The notes below the pieces were generated by a model, which did no database searches, was not told the origin of the DNA, and saw only the letters and a program-made list of their open reading frames with translations. This document shows, piece after piece, positions 20,075-29,759 of a stretch of 64,000 nucleotides of DNA. The stretch is taken from contig JBMFSQ010000001.1 in the NCBI GenBank assembly GCA_049967475.1, positions 86,600 to 150,599 on the forward strand. The letters run 5' to 3'. Origin of the DNA: Chthonomonadales bacterium. GTDB taxonomy: Bacteria; Armatimonadota; Chthonomonadetes; Chthonomonadales; CAJBBX01. Each line of letters opens with the position of its first letter. Positions within the stretch are counted from its first letter, which is position 1. Made by a program: the position numbers and the translations under genes.

Positions 20075-21017
20075 CCGGTGCGGAGGGTTTGCGCTGGGCC
20101 GCAGCCCGGGGCGCGCGCTGCAGTCGGGCCTGCTGAAGGCGGTACCAATCTACAACGGTTCTGCCTGCGCCTGCGTGATCCCCGAGCTGTTCTTGTACGT
20201 CGGCGATTTTGGGCAGCACGCGCAACGGATCCTGGCCCATGCGGATGCTGCGACGATACCAGCGCAGCGCCTGATTGAGGTTCCCCGTGAGCATGGCTTG
20301 ATCGCCCTTCCATTCCGTCCAATCACCGGACCAGGGCATCCAGAAGAGGGAGCAGGCGGTGAGTGCCAGCAGCCCTGCCAGAGAGAGAGCGGCCACGATG
20401 CGGCGGCGCCTTGCGATGAAGAGCCATCCGGCTGCGATGCCCAAGAGGAAGCCGCCGGCATGCGCGGCATTCCCAATGGCCATCAGATGGGTAAGGGTTG
20501 CCACGACACAGAGCGCTCCCCAAATCAACAGGTAGTTGAGGTTGGTAGGCGTGGCGATGGCTCGCCAGCGCGGAACCTGACGCCGGCCTGCCCACATCAA
20601 TCCGAACATGGCGTAGTCCACCCCTGATGCTCCTATGGCTGTGTGGCCGGTGAGGGCAAGTTCGCATCCGCCCCCTACTATGCCGGCTGCAACGAAGAAG
20701 AGGAGCCATGCCAGCGGATGCATCGTTTCCTCGAGAGCCGTGCCCAGGGCATACAGCCACAGCAGGTCAAAAGCCAGGTGGATCAGGTTTGCGTGGACGA
20801 ATACAGAGGTGAGGAGAGAGTAATACCGGCCGGACCATACTTCCGGCGGGGGCAAGGCGCTGACACTCCGAAGGGAATGGAGGATCGGCAGGCCTCTTGC
20901 CGGACCCGCCCAATAGGCTGCAGTGAAGAGGACACATAGCCCACAAGCCGCAAGGGTAAGCCAGGGGGCGCGCCGGCGCGGAGGGGTTGCCGAAACGCCG
21001 TGATCAGGGTAGCGCAC
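20055..21017 (-). CDS. Rhomboid intramembrane serine protease with C-terminal TPR-like tail
   Basis: FVHANLIHL, catalytic GASG and AHAGG; helical tail GNLNQALRWYRRSI. Confidence 0.85.
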   Translation of the reverse strand: MRYPDHGVSATPPRRRAPWLTLAACGLCVLFTAAYWAGPARGLPILHSLRSVSALPPPEVWSGRYYSLLTSVFVHANLIHLAFDLLWLYALGTALEETMHPLAWLLFFVAAGIVGGGCELALTGHTAIGASGVDYAMFGLMWAGRRQVPRWRAIATPTNLNYLLIWGALCVVATLTHLMAIGNAAHAGGFLLGIAAGWLFIARRRRIVAALSLAGLLALTACSLFWMPWSGDWTEWKGDQAMLTGNLNQALRWYRRSIRMGQDPLRVLPKIADVQEQLGDHAGAGRTVVDWYRLQQARLQRAPRAAAQRKPSAPDELDEP

Positions 21018-21097
21018 GCTCTACTTCCTCGTATCCCGCAACAGCTTTGGGGTGATGGTGTGGTATTCCGCAGAGAGCAGATGCCTTCCTGCTCATA

Positions 21098-21478
21098 TCA
21101 GCCGGTGTGCGGCCCGTCGGCAGGAGCCGAAACGTCGGAAGGAGCGCCGTATTGAGCGCAGTACGCCTCTTGTAGTTCGCGCATGCGGTTGAGGATCTCG
21201 GTGAAGCGCTGGCCGAAGTTGGTAAGGGTGTAGGTGACCCGTACCGGGGGCTTCTCGCCGTATACGGTCCGCGTTAGGATGCCGTAGCGTATCATTTTGG
21301 CCAGGCGTTGGTTCATGACTTTGGCTGAGAGGCCTGGGCAGGCCCGCAACATAGCGCTCGGCCGGCATTGGCCTTCGCAGATCAGGTCCAGGAGGCGGAG
21401 GGACCATTTGCACCCTACGATCTCCTCCATCATCGTAGCGACAGAAGGCTGCACGGCATTTCGGGAAGGGCGTACCAT
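21098..21478 (-). CDS. HxlR-family winged-helix regulator
   Basis: IVGCKWSLRLL, PGLSAKVMNQRL, PPVRVTYTLTNFG. Confidence 0.88.
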   Translation of the reverse strand: MVRPSRNAVQPSVATMMEEIVGCKWSLRLLDLICEGQCRPSAMLRACPGLSAKVMNQRLAKMIRYGILTRTVYGEKPPVRVTYTLTNFGQRFTEILNRMRELQEAYCAQYGAPSDVSAPADGPHTG

Positions 21479-21594
21479 CGAGTAACCCAGTTACCACAAA
21501 GTACAATCTTGCGCATATTGCCCTTCTGCATATACCCTTTTACCGATGCGGTGCGCAAGTGCCGCAGACCCCAAGGATCCAGGAGGACCCAACG

Positions 21595-21831
21595 ATGAAA
21601 GAGAAGGTCACATTCTACCACGCCGGTTGTCCGGTATGTGCGGAAGCGGAACGCAGTATCCTGAATGCGCTCGACCCGTCGCGATTCCAGGTTGAAGTGG
21701 TGCATCTAGGGCAAGCGAAGGACCGCATTGCGGAAGCGGAGCGGCTCGGCGTTAAGTCCGTACCGGCTCTTGTGTTGCAGGACACGGTGTTTCACATCAA
21801 CTACGGGGCGGGATTGGCAGACCTGAAGTAA
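21595..21831 (+). CDS. Small thioredoxin/glutaredoxin-like protein
   Basis: FYHAGCPVC, GVKSVPALV; AGGAGG RBS before ATG 21595. Confidence 0.85.
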   Translation: MKEKVTFYHAGCPVCAEAERSILNALDPSRFQVEVVHLGQAKDRIAEAERLGVKSVPALVLQDTVFHINYGAGLADLK

Positions 21832-21839
21832 TGCTGCCA

Positions 21840-21875
21840 GGGGAGGGGTTCGTGCTTTTCTGCGTGCCCCTCCCC
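21840..21875. terminator. Hairpin between convergent genes
   Basis: GGGGAGGGG (21840-21848) / CCCCTCCCC (21867-21875); weak U-tract. Confidence 0.45.
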
Positions 21876-21878
21876 GTT

Positions 21879-23192
21879 CTACAGTTCGTAGTCCGAAGGC
21901 GGTATCTCGATGCGGCGCTTTTCCCACATGGCCTGGTTCGCCCGCACGGCGGCTACCGTGGCTGCGAGACCCTGCTTCCAGTCACAGGACACCGGGGCAC
22001 CGGTACGGATGCTGTTGAAGAAGTCCTCCATCTCCAACATATAGTCGTCTTTGCCTGCGACGTTGCCTGTGATGATCTTTTCTCCCACCTTTACGCCGGT
22101 TTGGCCAAGCTTCTTGGTGGCCTCAGGATCAAGCACCAGCCCTTTTTGACCACGCTGCCCGGTTACGGCGTGGGCGGCGCTTTTCATCCAGTCCTGCTCT
22201 TGTGCACCAGGCTCCTGGTAAAACTGGCCGCCGGTCTGCTGTGACACGATGAGCGTGCCCTTGGTACCCATGAACTGTTCGTAGAAGCCGTCGTACTGGT
22301 TGGTAGTGAGGGAGGTGTAGTTGAGCTTGCGGCCACCCGGGTACTCGAAGATAACCTCCACGTTGTCAAAGACGGTGCGGTCTTTGTACCAGTCTATACC
22401 GCCCATTCCTACAACGGCTGTGGGATAGGCGCCAAGATACCAGTTGACCACGTGGATTTGGTGGGTTCCCAGTTCGGCCATGAGACCCTGCGAGAGATCT
22501 TTGTAGAGGCGCCAATTCCAGTGGCGGTCGTCCGTGTCCGGCGGTACGGGGCGCCGCCAATTGGAGTTGAGGCCACGGTTCCATTGCGCCCGCACGTGGG
22601 TGACCTTCCCTGCGATCTGGGCCTTGTTGAGCAATTCCCATCCGTGGTTGTACAAGATGCTGGACTTGCGCTGGTGGCCGATTTGAAGGATGCGCTTGTT
22701 GTTGAGAGCAGCGCGCGCCATCTTCTTGGCGTCCTCGATGGAGTAGGCCATCATTTTTTCGCAGAATACGTGCTTGCCCGCCTCCAGGGCGGCGATGGCG
22801 ATGCGGGCGTGCTCGTAGAGCGGCGTAGCGATGAGAACCGCCTCGATGTCCTTCCGATCCATCACTTCGCGGAAGTCCTTGTAGCCCTTCGCTTGAGGCA
22901 CGTCGCGGAGGGCGCGGTTGAGGTTCGGTTCGTAAATGTCGCAGATGGCCAACATGCGCACACCGGGCACGCTGAGGGCGCGTTTGAGGTCGGTGCCATA
23001 ACCTTGGGCTCCCACGCCGATGAAGGCGCAGTTCACCGGCCGCGCTTCCTTCAGTCCTTCCTGCCTTCGCTCTTCGGCCTCGGCTGCCTCGGTGAGCGTG
23101 ATGCCCAGTGTGGCGGCGATTGCTGCACTGCCCTTGAGCAGTTCCCGCCGGGTAATTCCCGATGGGTGAAACGCAATCTCTGGTATGTTCAT
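21879..23192 (-). CDS. Gfo/Idh/MocA oxidoreductase with Tat signal
   Basis: TRRELLK twin-arginine motif, FIGVGAQG, AGKHVFCEK, LQIGHQR. Confidence 0.88.
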   Translation of the reverse strand: MNIPEIAFHPSGITRRELLKGSAAIAATLGITLTEAAEAEERRQEGLKEARPVNCAFIGVGAQGYGTDLKRALSVPGVRMLAICDIYEPNLNRALRDVPQAKGYKDFREVMDRKDIEAVLIATPLYEHARIAIAALEAGKHVFCEKMMAYSIEDAKKMARAALNNKRILQIGHQRKSSILYNHGWELLNKAQIAGKVTHVRAQWNRGLNSNWRRPVPPDTDDRHWNWRLYKDLSQGLMAELGTHQIHVVNWYLGAYPTAVVGMGGIDWYKDRTVFDNVEVIFEYPGGRKLNYTSLTTNQYDGFYEQFMGTKGTLIVSQQTGGQFYQEPGAQEQDWMKSAAHAVTGQRGQKGLVLDPEATKKLGQTGVKVGEKIITGNVAGKDDYMLEMEDFFNSIRTGAPVSCDWKQGLAATVAAVRANQAMWEKRRIEIPPSDYEL

Positions 23193-23256
23193 GGGAGCAA
23201 CCCTCCTGCGCTCATTCCCGGTTCGGGGAGTGGCGCATCCCGCCGATTTGCAGAGT

Positions 23257-24387
23257 TCAGTCTTGGGGCGGCAGTGCCGCATCGGGCGGACCGGAACGAT
23301 TGGAGCCTGCAGCCGGGATGCAGCCCAAGCGGCTCACGGCGATGCCGTCCCCCTGCTCGGTTACCATTATAACTCCCAAATTCGGATGGAGCCTGCAGAA
23401 TTCCTCCGTGGCGTCCCGCCCCATGACGAAGAAGGCCGTGGAAAGCGCGTCGGCCTCCATGGCTGACGGGGCAATTACCCACACGCTCAACATGCCCTCC
23501 ACAGGCTCTCCCGATCGCGGATCGAGGATGTGGCAGTATCGTTTGCCGTCAATCTCGAGGAATTGCTCGTAACAGCCGGAAGTCGAGATGGCTTGGTCGC
23601 GCAGGCAGACTGTGTCTATGGGGGTGGCGCGATCCCTGGGATCCTTGAGTACGAATTCCCACCCGTCTTCACCCGGCGGCGCGCCGTGGGCGTAGATGGT
23701 GGATTGCCCGCCGTGAAGCAGCGCGGCACCCACACCGTAGAACCTCAGGCGCTCCGCTGCCTCATCCAGCGCGTACCCCTTCCCAACCGCCCCAAGTTCG
23801 ACTTCCATGCCGGGTGACGAGAACCAGATGAGCTGTTCCTCGTCATCGAACACGATGCGATGGGCACCCACGCGGGAGAGCAATTCCTCAATTTCTTTAG
23901 AGGAGGGGACACGGCCCGTGCCCTCGTGGAAGCCCCACGCCTTTACAAGAGGAGCAGCCGTGATATCGAAGGCGCCGTGCGTCTGGGCGCTCAATTCGGC
24001 GCAACGCTTCAAGAGCAAGTAGAGGCGCGGCTCCAGACGCACCCATTGGCGGGAGGCATGGGCATTCATTCGGGCGATGTCGCTGTCCATCCGATAATGG
24101 CTGAGCTGCCGGTCCAGCCGTTCGATTTCGTCCAGGGCTTCATTCGCGGCACCTACAAGGGCTTCGCGGTCATGGCCGGCCAGGTAGATCTCGAAGAGGC
24201 TCCCCATGGCGGCACGAGACACGCGCGGGTACACCCAATCGGGGTCCTGTTCCGGTTCCATAGGGGTTTGTGCGGGCGGCGAGCCGCATTCATCGGGCGA
24301 AGGCGGTGTCGGGAGCCGTTGCGGATCCGCATCGGCTAGGCGCTCTGCCCAACGGGCCAACAGGCGCACTATAAACGTTGAGAGCAT
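23257..24387 (-). CDS. apbE: FAD:protein FMN transferase (ApbE)
   Basis: AMGSLFEI, GAFDIT, LGAVGKGYALD, ISTSG, HILDPRSG, ADALSTAFFVMG; start uncertain (up to 24444). Confidence 0.9.
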   Translation of the reverse strand: MLSTFIVRLLARWAERLADADPQRLPTPPSPDECGSPPAQTPMEPEQDPDWVYPRVSRAAMGSLFEIYLAGHDREALVGAANEALDEIERLDRQLSHYRMDSDIARMNAHASRQWVRLEPRLYLLLKRCAELSAQTHGAFDITAAPLVKAWGFHEGTGRVPSSKEIEELLSRVGAHRIVFDDEEQLIWFSSPGMEVELGAVGKGYALDEAAERLRFYGVGAALLHGGQSTIYAHGAPPGEDGWEFVLKDPRDRATPIDTVCLRDQAISTSGCYEQFLEIDGKRYCHILDPRSGEPVEGMLSVWVIAPSAMEADALSTAFFVMGRDATEEFCRLHPNLGVIMVTEQGDGIAVSRLGCIPAAGSNRSGPPDAALPPQD

Positions 24388-24581
24388 TGCAGGTGAAGAC
24401 ACCTCAGCTACGCGTTCGGCAGTGCCGGCGGAGCGTCGCGTCACAAGTATTCTACGGCATTCCTAGGCGCGGGCGCAAGGCAGGGCTGCGGGCAGGATTC
24501 CTGAGGCACGCGCGGTATTGTACCGCAGGGTCCATGGTGTTTGTACTGCAATGGAAACTCAGTGCTGCGAAGGAGACGGCT

Positions 24582-26183
24582 ATGGTCTGCCTGCTGCCTG
24601 TTGTGCTTTCTGCCGTCCGCATTCCCCAGGAGCCGGCTCTTTGGGATCTGGCTCGACGCAATGCCGGCATACTGCGCATCTCAACGCTCTTTGACGCAGG
24701 CACGATGGTTCGGCAACTAAATACGTCTGCCGGTGTGGATCGGGCGATTGCTTGGTGCAAGGATCACGGCATCACCCATGTGTACCTCGAAGCCTATCGG
24801 GATGGCATCACTCCGCCTCGCGAGGTTCTGGAGCGCGCGCGGGATCGTTTCAGGGCGGCAGGTTTCCTCGTATCGGGGTGCGTCACCACCACGGCTTTGG
24901 GCAAGCCCTCCACGGGATGGAGTTCCCTGAGCTGCTATACCGATGCGGGGACGCAGAAGGCGTTGGGTGAGAAATTCCGGTACGCCGCATCTCTGTTCGA
25001 TGAGATCATGATTGACGATTTCCTCTGCACGGACTGCGCCTGCCCGGAATGCGTGGCTGCACGCGGGCAGCAATCGTGGCCGCAGTACCGCTGCGATTTG
25101 ATGCTGAGGTTGAGCCGAACGCGGATCCTCGGCGCAGCGAAGGAGGTGAACCCCAAAGCGCGCATCATCATCAAGTATCCCTGCTGGTATGAGGAATTTC
25201 AGGACCGCGGTTATGACGTGGAGCGCGAGACCGCCATCTACGATGAGATTTGGGTGGGTACGGAGACGCGCGGCGGTACGGCGGATCGCCAATGGCCGGC
25301 TGAACCGCAGTACCGGGCCTACTGGCTGATGCGGTGGCTATTGGGCATTGGGGGAGCCAAATGCGGCGGTGGATGGTACGACACGCTGGGAACCTCCCCT
25401 CCGTACTATTTGGAGCAAGCCCGGCTAACGGTTCTTGGTGGGGCGCGGGAGGCGATGCTGTTCAATTACGCCCTCCTCACCGCAACGCATCCTGGGGTAG
25501 AAGATGGAGCAGCGCTTCGGGAGGAACTGCCCCTGCACTTTCAACTGGCAAGGTTGATCCGCGGGAAAGCTCCCAGGGGATTATTAGGCTGGAAGCCTCC
25601 TTCCAGCCTGCCGGGGCCCGACGGAAACCTCCACTGTCTGCTGGGAATGGCAGGCTTCCCGGTGACGGCTGCTCACGCATTCGCGAGAGATGCGGGCGGG
25701 TATGTCTTCGGATACCACGTGCTGCATGACCCCGGGTGGAAGACAGACCTTCGCCAAGCGTTGGCAACCCGCAAGCCCATCGTTGTGAGCTCGGCCTTCC
25801 TGCGCGCGGCTTCTCAGGAGTTTCCAGATCTCGCCCGAAGGGCGGTGGTTCTTCCCGAGCTTTCCGGCCGCAATCTGTGGCGGGCCATGGATGAGATGCC
25901 CGAAGATCAGCTCAACGCTTTGCGCGACAGAGCCACAGCGTCCCTGGGGATACGCTTCCATGCTCCTAACCGCGTAGCTTTGTTTCTTTTCGGCAGGAAT
26001 GTGGCAGTCGTCGAGAACTTCCGCGACGAACCCGTGCGGTGCTCGCTCCACATCAAGGGCTGGAGTGCCATGACCCCGGTCCTCAGAATGCCTCTCCCAT
26101 CCGGGGAGAGCAAACATGTGATGACAGAGGATGCGCTGGAATTAGGCGCCCGTTCCCTGGTGGTCCTGGTGAAAACGCGCTAG
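24582..26183 (+). CDS. Hypothetical glycoside-hydrolase-like TIM-barrel protein
   Basis: FDEIMIDDF followed by CTDCACPEC (Zn-site-like), IWVGTETR; AAGGAG RBS before ATG 24582. Confidence 0.5.
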   Translation: MVCLLPVVLSAVRIPQEPALWDLARRNAGILRISTLFDAGTMVRQLNTSAGVDRAIAWCKDHGITHVYLEAYRDGITPPREVLERARDRFRAAGFLVSGCVTTTALGKPSTGWSSLSCYTDAGTQKALGEKFRYAASLFDEIMIDDFLCTDCACPECVAARGQQSWPQYRCDLMLRLSRTRILGAAKEVNPKARIIIKYPCWYEEFQDRGYDVERETAIYDEIWVGTETRGGTADRQWPAEPQYRAYWLMRWLLGIGGAKCGGGWYDTLGTSPPYYLEQARLTVLGGAREAMLFNYALLTATHPGVEDGAALREELPLHFQLARLIRGKAPRGLLGWKPPSSLPGPDGNLHCLLGMAGFPVTAAHAFARDAGGYVFGYHVLHDPGWKTDLRQALATRKPIVVSSAFLRAASQEFPDLARRAVVLPELSGRNLWRAMDEMPEDQLNALRDRATASLGIRFHAPNRVALFLFGRNVAVVENFRDEPVRCSLHIKGWSAMTPVLRMPLPSGESKHVMTEDALELGARSLVVLVKTR

Positions 26184-26199
26184 CGGCCGAGGTGGATGT

Positions 26200-27240
26200 A
26201 TGAGTATGCCCATCGGTCTTGCGGCGATGCATCTGGAGTTGGCGGACCGCATCGCTCATACGGAATATTGCAGCAACCACGCCCTGGTCCGGGCCGTAAC
26301 GGGATTGGACCCCCGCACGGACGCCCGGGCGTGGCGCGCGTTTTACGATGCGTGGGAGTACGACCTGCTTTGGGTTACGAATGACGGTCCCCTCGGGTTT
26401 GGCGCTCGCGGTAGAACCACCGACATGGGCCATGCCGAGTTCCTGGAAGACCGGCTTGATTGGCGACCCACCGTGCACTGCCCCTTCAGGAGCGTAGAGG
26501 AGGTATGGGCTTTCGATGCGGTAGAGGAGTACGGACTGGAGCCCATGGAGGATCTTGTTGCCTACTACGAAGGGCTTTATCGCCGGGAGCAGGCCGCATA
26601 TCCTCACCAAATCTATACCGGCGGATACTACAACACCATCATCTCCGGTGCAATCCAGGCTTTTGGCTGGGAGATGCTCTTATTGGCTGCGGCGGACCAG
26701 CAGCGGATGGAGCGGGTGTTGGACTCCATCTTCCAGGTGACGCTGCACCACGTGCGGGCGTGGGCGCGCACATCCATCAAGGTCTTTATCCAACACGACG
26801 ACATTGTGTGGTCTGCCGGCCCATTCGTGCACCCGGCTTTCTACCGCCGCGTTCTCTTTCCGCGGTATCAGAAGCTGTGGGAGATCCTGCACGAGGCGGG
26901 CAAGATCGTGCTCTTCTGTTCCGACGGCACCTTCACGGAATTCGTGGACGACTTATTTGCAGCCGGTGCCGACGGCCTGATCTTTGAGCCCACCACGAAC
27001 CTCGATTATATTGCCGGCACGTATGGCGCCAGCAAGGTGATTGTGGGCAGCAAGGTAGACTGCCGCACCCTCACGTTCGGAAAGCCTGCAGATATTCGGC
27101 ACGAGATTGACGAGACGCTGGAGGTGGCAAAAAGATGCCCGGGCTTCGTATTCGCCGTTGGGAACCACATCCCCAGCAACGTTCCCCTAGATAATGCCCT
27201 TTTCTACTTTGACTATCTACGTTCGCACTGGGCCCGGTGA
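26200..27240 (+). CDS. Uroporphyrinogen-decarboxylase-family (URO-D/MtaA-like) protein
   Basis: HDDIVWSAGPF, LFCSDG, FVFAVGNHIPSNVP. Confidence 0.8.
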   Translation: MSMPIGLAAMHLELADRIAHTEYCSNHALVRAVTGLDPRTDARAWRAFYDAWEYDLLWVTNDGPLGFGARGRTTDMGHAEFLEDRLDWRPTVHCPFRSVEEVWAFDAVEEYGLEPMEDLVAYYEGLYRREQAAYPHQIYTGGYYNTIISGAIQAFGWEMLLLAAADQQRMERVLDSIFQVTLHHVRAWARTSIKVFIQHDDIVWSAGPFVHPAFYRRVLFPRYQKLWEILHEAGKIVLFCSDGTFTEFVDDLFAAGADGLIFEPTTNLDYIAGTYGASKVIVGSKVDCRTLTFGKPADIRHEIDETLEVAKRCPGFVFAVGNHIPSNVPLDNALFYFDYLRSHWAR

Positions 27241-27253
27241 CGCGATGCTCCGG

Positions 27254-27283
27254 TTGACGGGGGCCATTCCCATAATCTATACT
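27254..27283 (+). promoter_or_regulatory. Putative housekeeping-sigma promoter
   Basis: TTGACG-N18-TATACT about 50 nt upstream of the Lrp gene. Confidence 0.55.
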
Positions 27284-27332
27284 GAGATCGTGGGAAGGGT
27301 TCGCTAGCCCTAATTAGGGGAACGGACGGACG

Positions 27333-27815
27333 ATGCGCGAGATCCTGGCAATCTTAGAACAAGACGCACGAACCCCGCCCGAGCGTATCGCTGCGCTGTT
27401 GGGCAAGGACGTAGAGGAGGTGCGCCGGAGCATCCGGGAGCTGGAGGAGCGCGGCGTGATCCGGCGCTACAAGACTGTGATTGATTGGGAGCGCTACGGC
27501 GACGAACGCGTGTACGCCTTTATAGACGTGTCGGTCACGCCCGAGCGGGGCGCAGGCTTCGACGACATAGCCGAAAGGATTTACCGGTTTCCAGAAGTGC
27601 GCTCCGTGTTCCTGGTGTCTGGCGGACACGATCTGCGGGTGATCGTGGAAGGTGCCAACATCAAGGAGGTGGCAAATTTCGTTGCCGAGAAGCTTGCCAC
27701 CATTGATCGCGTTACGTCTACGGACACCCACTTTCTGCTCAAACGCTACAAGGACGATGGGGATATCTTCGTGGCCGAACCCGAAGCGAACCATCGGCTC
27801 ATGGTTGCACCGTGA
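27333..27815 (+). CDS. Lrp/AsnC-family transcriptional regulator
   Basis: ILAILEQDAR..HTH..LEERGVIRRY, FLVSGGHDL, THFLLKRYK. Confidence 0.92.
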   Translation: MREILAILEQDARTPPERIAALLGKDVEEVRRSIRELEERGVIRRYKTVIDWERYGDERVYAFIDVSVTPERGAGFDDIAERIYRFPEVRSVFLVSGGHDLRVIVEGANIKEVANFVAEKLATIDRVTSTDTHFLLKRYKDDGDIFVAEPEANHRLMVAP

Positions 27816-29020
27816 AGCCGCTAAATCGGGTGGTGACGGCGACACCACCCTCGGGCATCCGCCGCTTCTTCGACGTGGCGAGCCGGATGAAAGACGTGAT
27901 TTCCCTCGGCGTCGGCGAGCCGGACTTTGTTACACCCTGGCGCATCCGTGAGGCCGCTATCTATTCCATCGAGCGTGGTTACACCACATACACATCCAAC
28001 GCCGGGCTTCCCGAGTTGCGGGAGCTCGTGTCGGCCCATCTGGAGGCGCTCTACGACGTATCGTATGACCCCTACGAAGAGATCGTCATTACGGTAGGCG
28101 TGTCCGAGGGGCTCGATCTGGCCCTGAGAACCCTCCTTAATCCAGGCGACGAGGTAATCTACCCCGAACCCTGCTATGTGTCGTATGCGCCGGGCATCGC
28201 CTTTGCCGGAGGCGTGGGGGTGCCGGTGATCACCCGCGGCGAAGACGCCTTCCGCCTCAATCCCGATGCAGTGGAAGCCGCGGTCACCGAGCGTACCAAG
28301 GCGATCCTTCTCTGTTACCCCGGCAATCCGACGGGAGCCACCCAGACACCCGAGGACCTCCAACGCATTGTGGACATCGCAGCCCGCTACGACCTCTTTT
28401 TGATATCGGACGAAATCTACGACCGGCTGACATACCGTGGGAAGCATACCTGCGTCGCTTCGTTGAACGGAGCCCGCGAGAGGACCGTCCTTCTCAATGG
28501 TTTTTCGAAGGCGTATGCCATGACGGGATGGCGTGTGGCCTATGTGTGCGCTCCTCCGCCCGTAATCGAAGGGCTTCTCAAGATCCACCAATATGCCATG
28601 CTCTGTGCGCCCCACGTTGCCCAGCTTGCGGCTATCGAGGCCTTGCGCAACGCCGAGAGCGACGTGAGGGACATGGTCCGGGAATATGACCGCCGCCGCC
28701 GCTTCTTCGTGGCCGGCCTCAATGCGATCGGGCTCACGTGCGCGGAACCAGCCGGAGCCTTCTATGCGTTTCCTTCCATTGCGGCTGCCGGGCTCTCTTC
28801 GGAGGAATTTGCGGAGCGGCTGCTGTATGATGAGCGCGTGGCCGTGGTGCCGGGCACTGCTTTCGGCTCCTGTGGTGAAGGGTACGTGCGATGCTCTTAT
28901 GCCGCCAGCCTGGAGCAGCTCGAGGAGGCTCTGGTTCGGATGGAGCGCTTCATGAAGCGGCGAAAGGGCCGCAAGAGTACGGGACCCGCCCGGAAGCACA
29001 CGGAAGCCACGCGCGTATGA
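27812..29020 (+). CDS. PLP-dependent aminotransferase class I/II
   Basis: SLGVGEPDF, PGNPTG, SDEIYD, GFSKAYAMTGWRV. Confidence 0.93.
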   Translation: MKPLNRVVTATPPSGIRRFFDVASRMKDVISLGVGEPDFVTPWRIREAAIYSIERGYTTYTSNAGLPELRELVSAHLEALYDVSYDPYEEIVITVGVSEGLDLALRTLLNPGDEVIYPEPCYVSYAPGIAFAGGVGVPVITRGEDAFRLNPDAVEAAVTERTKAILLCYPGNPTGATQTPEDLQRIVDIAARYDLFLISDEIYDRLTYRGKHTCVASLNGARERTVLLNGFSKAYAMTGWRVAYVCAPPPVIEGLLKIHQYAMLCAPHVAQLAAIEALRNAESDVRDMVREYDRRRRFFVAGLNAIGLTCAEPAGAFYAFPSIAAAGLSSEEFAERLLYDERVAVVPGTAFGSCGEGYVRCSYAASLEQLEEALVRMERFMKRRKGRKSTGPARKHTEATRV

Positions 29021-29682
29021 CCGGTTGGACGCCATTGCGGGCTTGCCGGCAGATCCCGGCATTCGTGTGCATCCTCGGGCTTTGCGTTCTATCCGGCCGA
29101 ACGGCCCGGGCAGATCGGGCCATACTGTCGCCGCGCGGGTTCATTCTGTCGCCTGGGGACGTGCAGTTCGAGTATGCCGGCCGCACGACCGACGGGCACA
29201 GCAATGTTCAATGGCTTCAGGTGAGCATGCCCGGCAGCGACTTAGGCCTAGAGCTGGAGTTGGAGCGGCGGCAGGCATCTGGGCGGTCCCGGAGTTCGTT
29301 CAACCTCGAGTACACATTGACGGGCAACGCATTGAGCGATATCGCCCCAGTCATCGCGGTGGGGGCGAGGGACCTCATCAACAGCGACGTGGAGGGTCGT
29401 TCGGCCTATCTCGCCCTGAGCAAAACGATCGGCCTGAGCCTCGCTCAATCACGCGTCGTGAGTGACTTGAAGGTACACGCCGGCTATGGCAGCGGCCGGA
29501 TGGATGGTCTGTTCGCATCCGGTGAGCTCCGTTTCCGCCTAGGGTTCACGGTGTCTGCGGAATACTTCCAGCAGCGGTGGAACATGGAGGTTGCCGTTCC
29601 GGCGAGTAAGTATTTGAAGCTTCGCGCCTACACCCTTAACGGCGCGGTTTATTATGGAGCCTCGCTGCGCATCGCACGCTGA
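29017..29682 (+). CDS. Hypothetical exported protein, possibly outer-membrane beta-barrel
   Basis: Hydrophobic signal-like N-terminus followed by amphipathic beta-strand patterns; ATGA overlap with the aminotransferase. Confidence 0.5.
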   Translation: MTGWTPLRACRQIPAFVCILGLCVLSGRTARADRAILSPRGFILSPGDVQFEYAGRTTDGHSNVQWLQVSMPGSDLGLELELERRQASGRSRSSFNLEYTLTGNALSDIAPVIAVGARDLINSDVEGRSAYLALSKTIGLSLAQSRVVSDLKVHAGYGSGRMDGLFASGELRFRLGFTVSAEYFQQRWNMEVAVPASKYLKLRAYTLNGAVYYGASLRIAR

Positions 29683-29759
29683 AGGGGCGCGCAGAATGGA
29701 ACAATGAAGCAGAAGCTTCCTTGGTGGAGGCTTCATGGAGAGGGGGTTCGACCCGTGAC

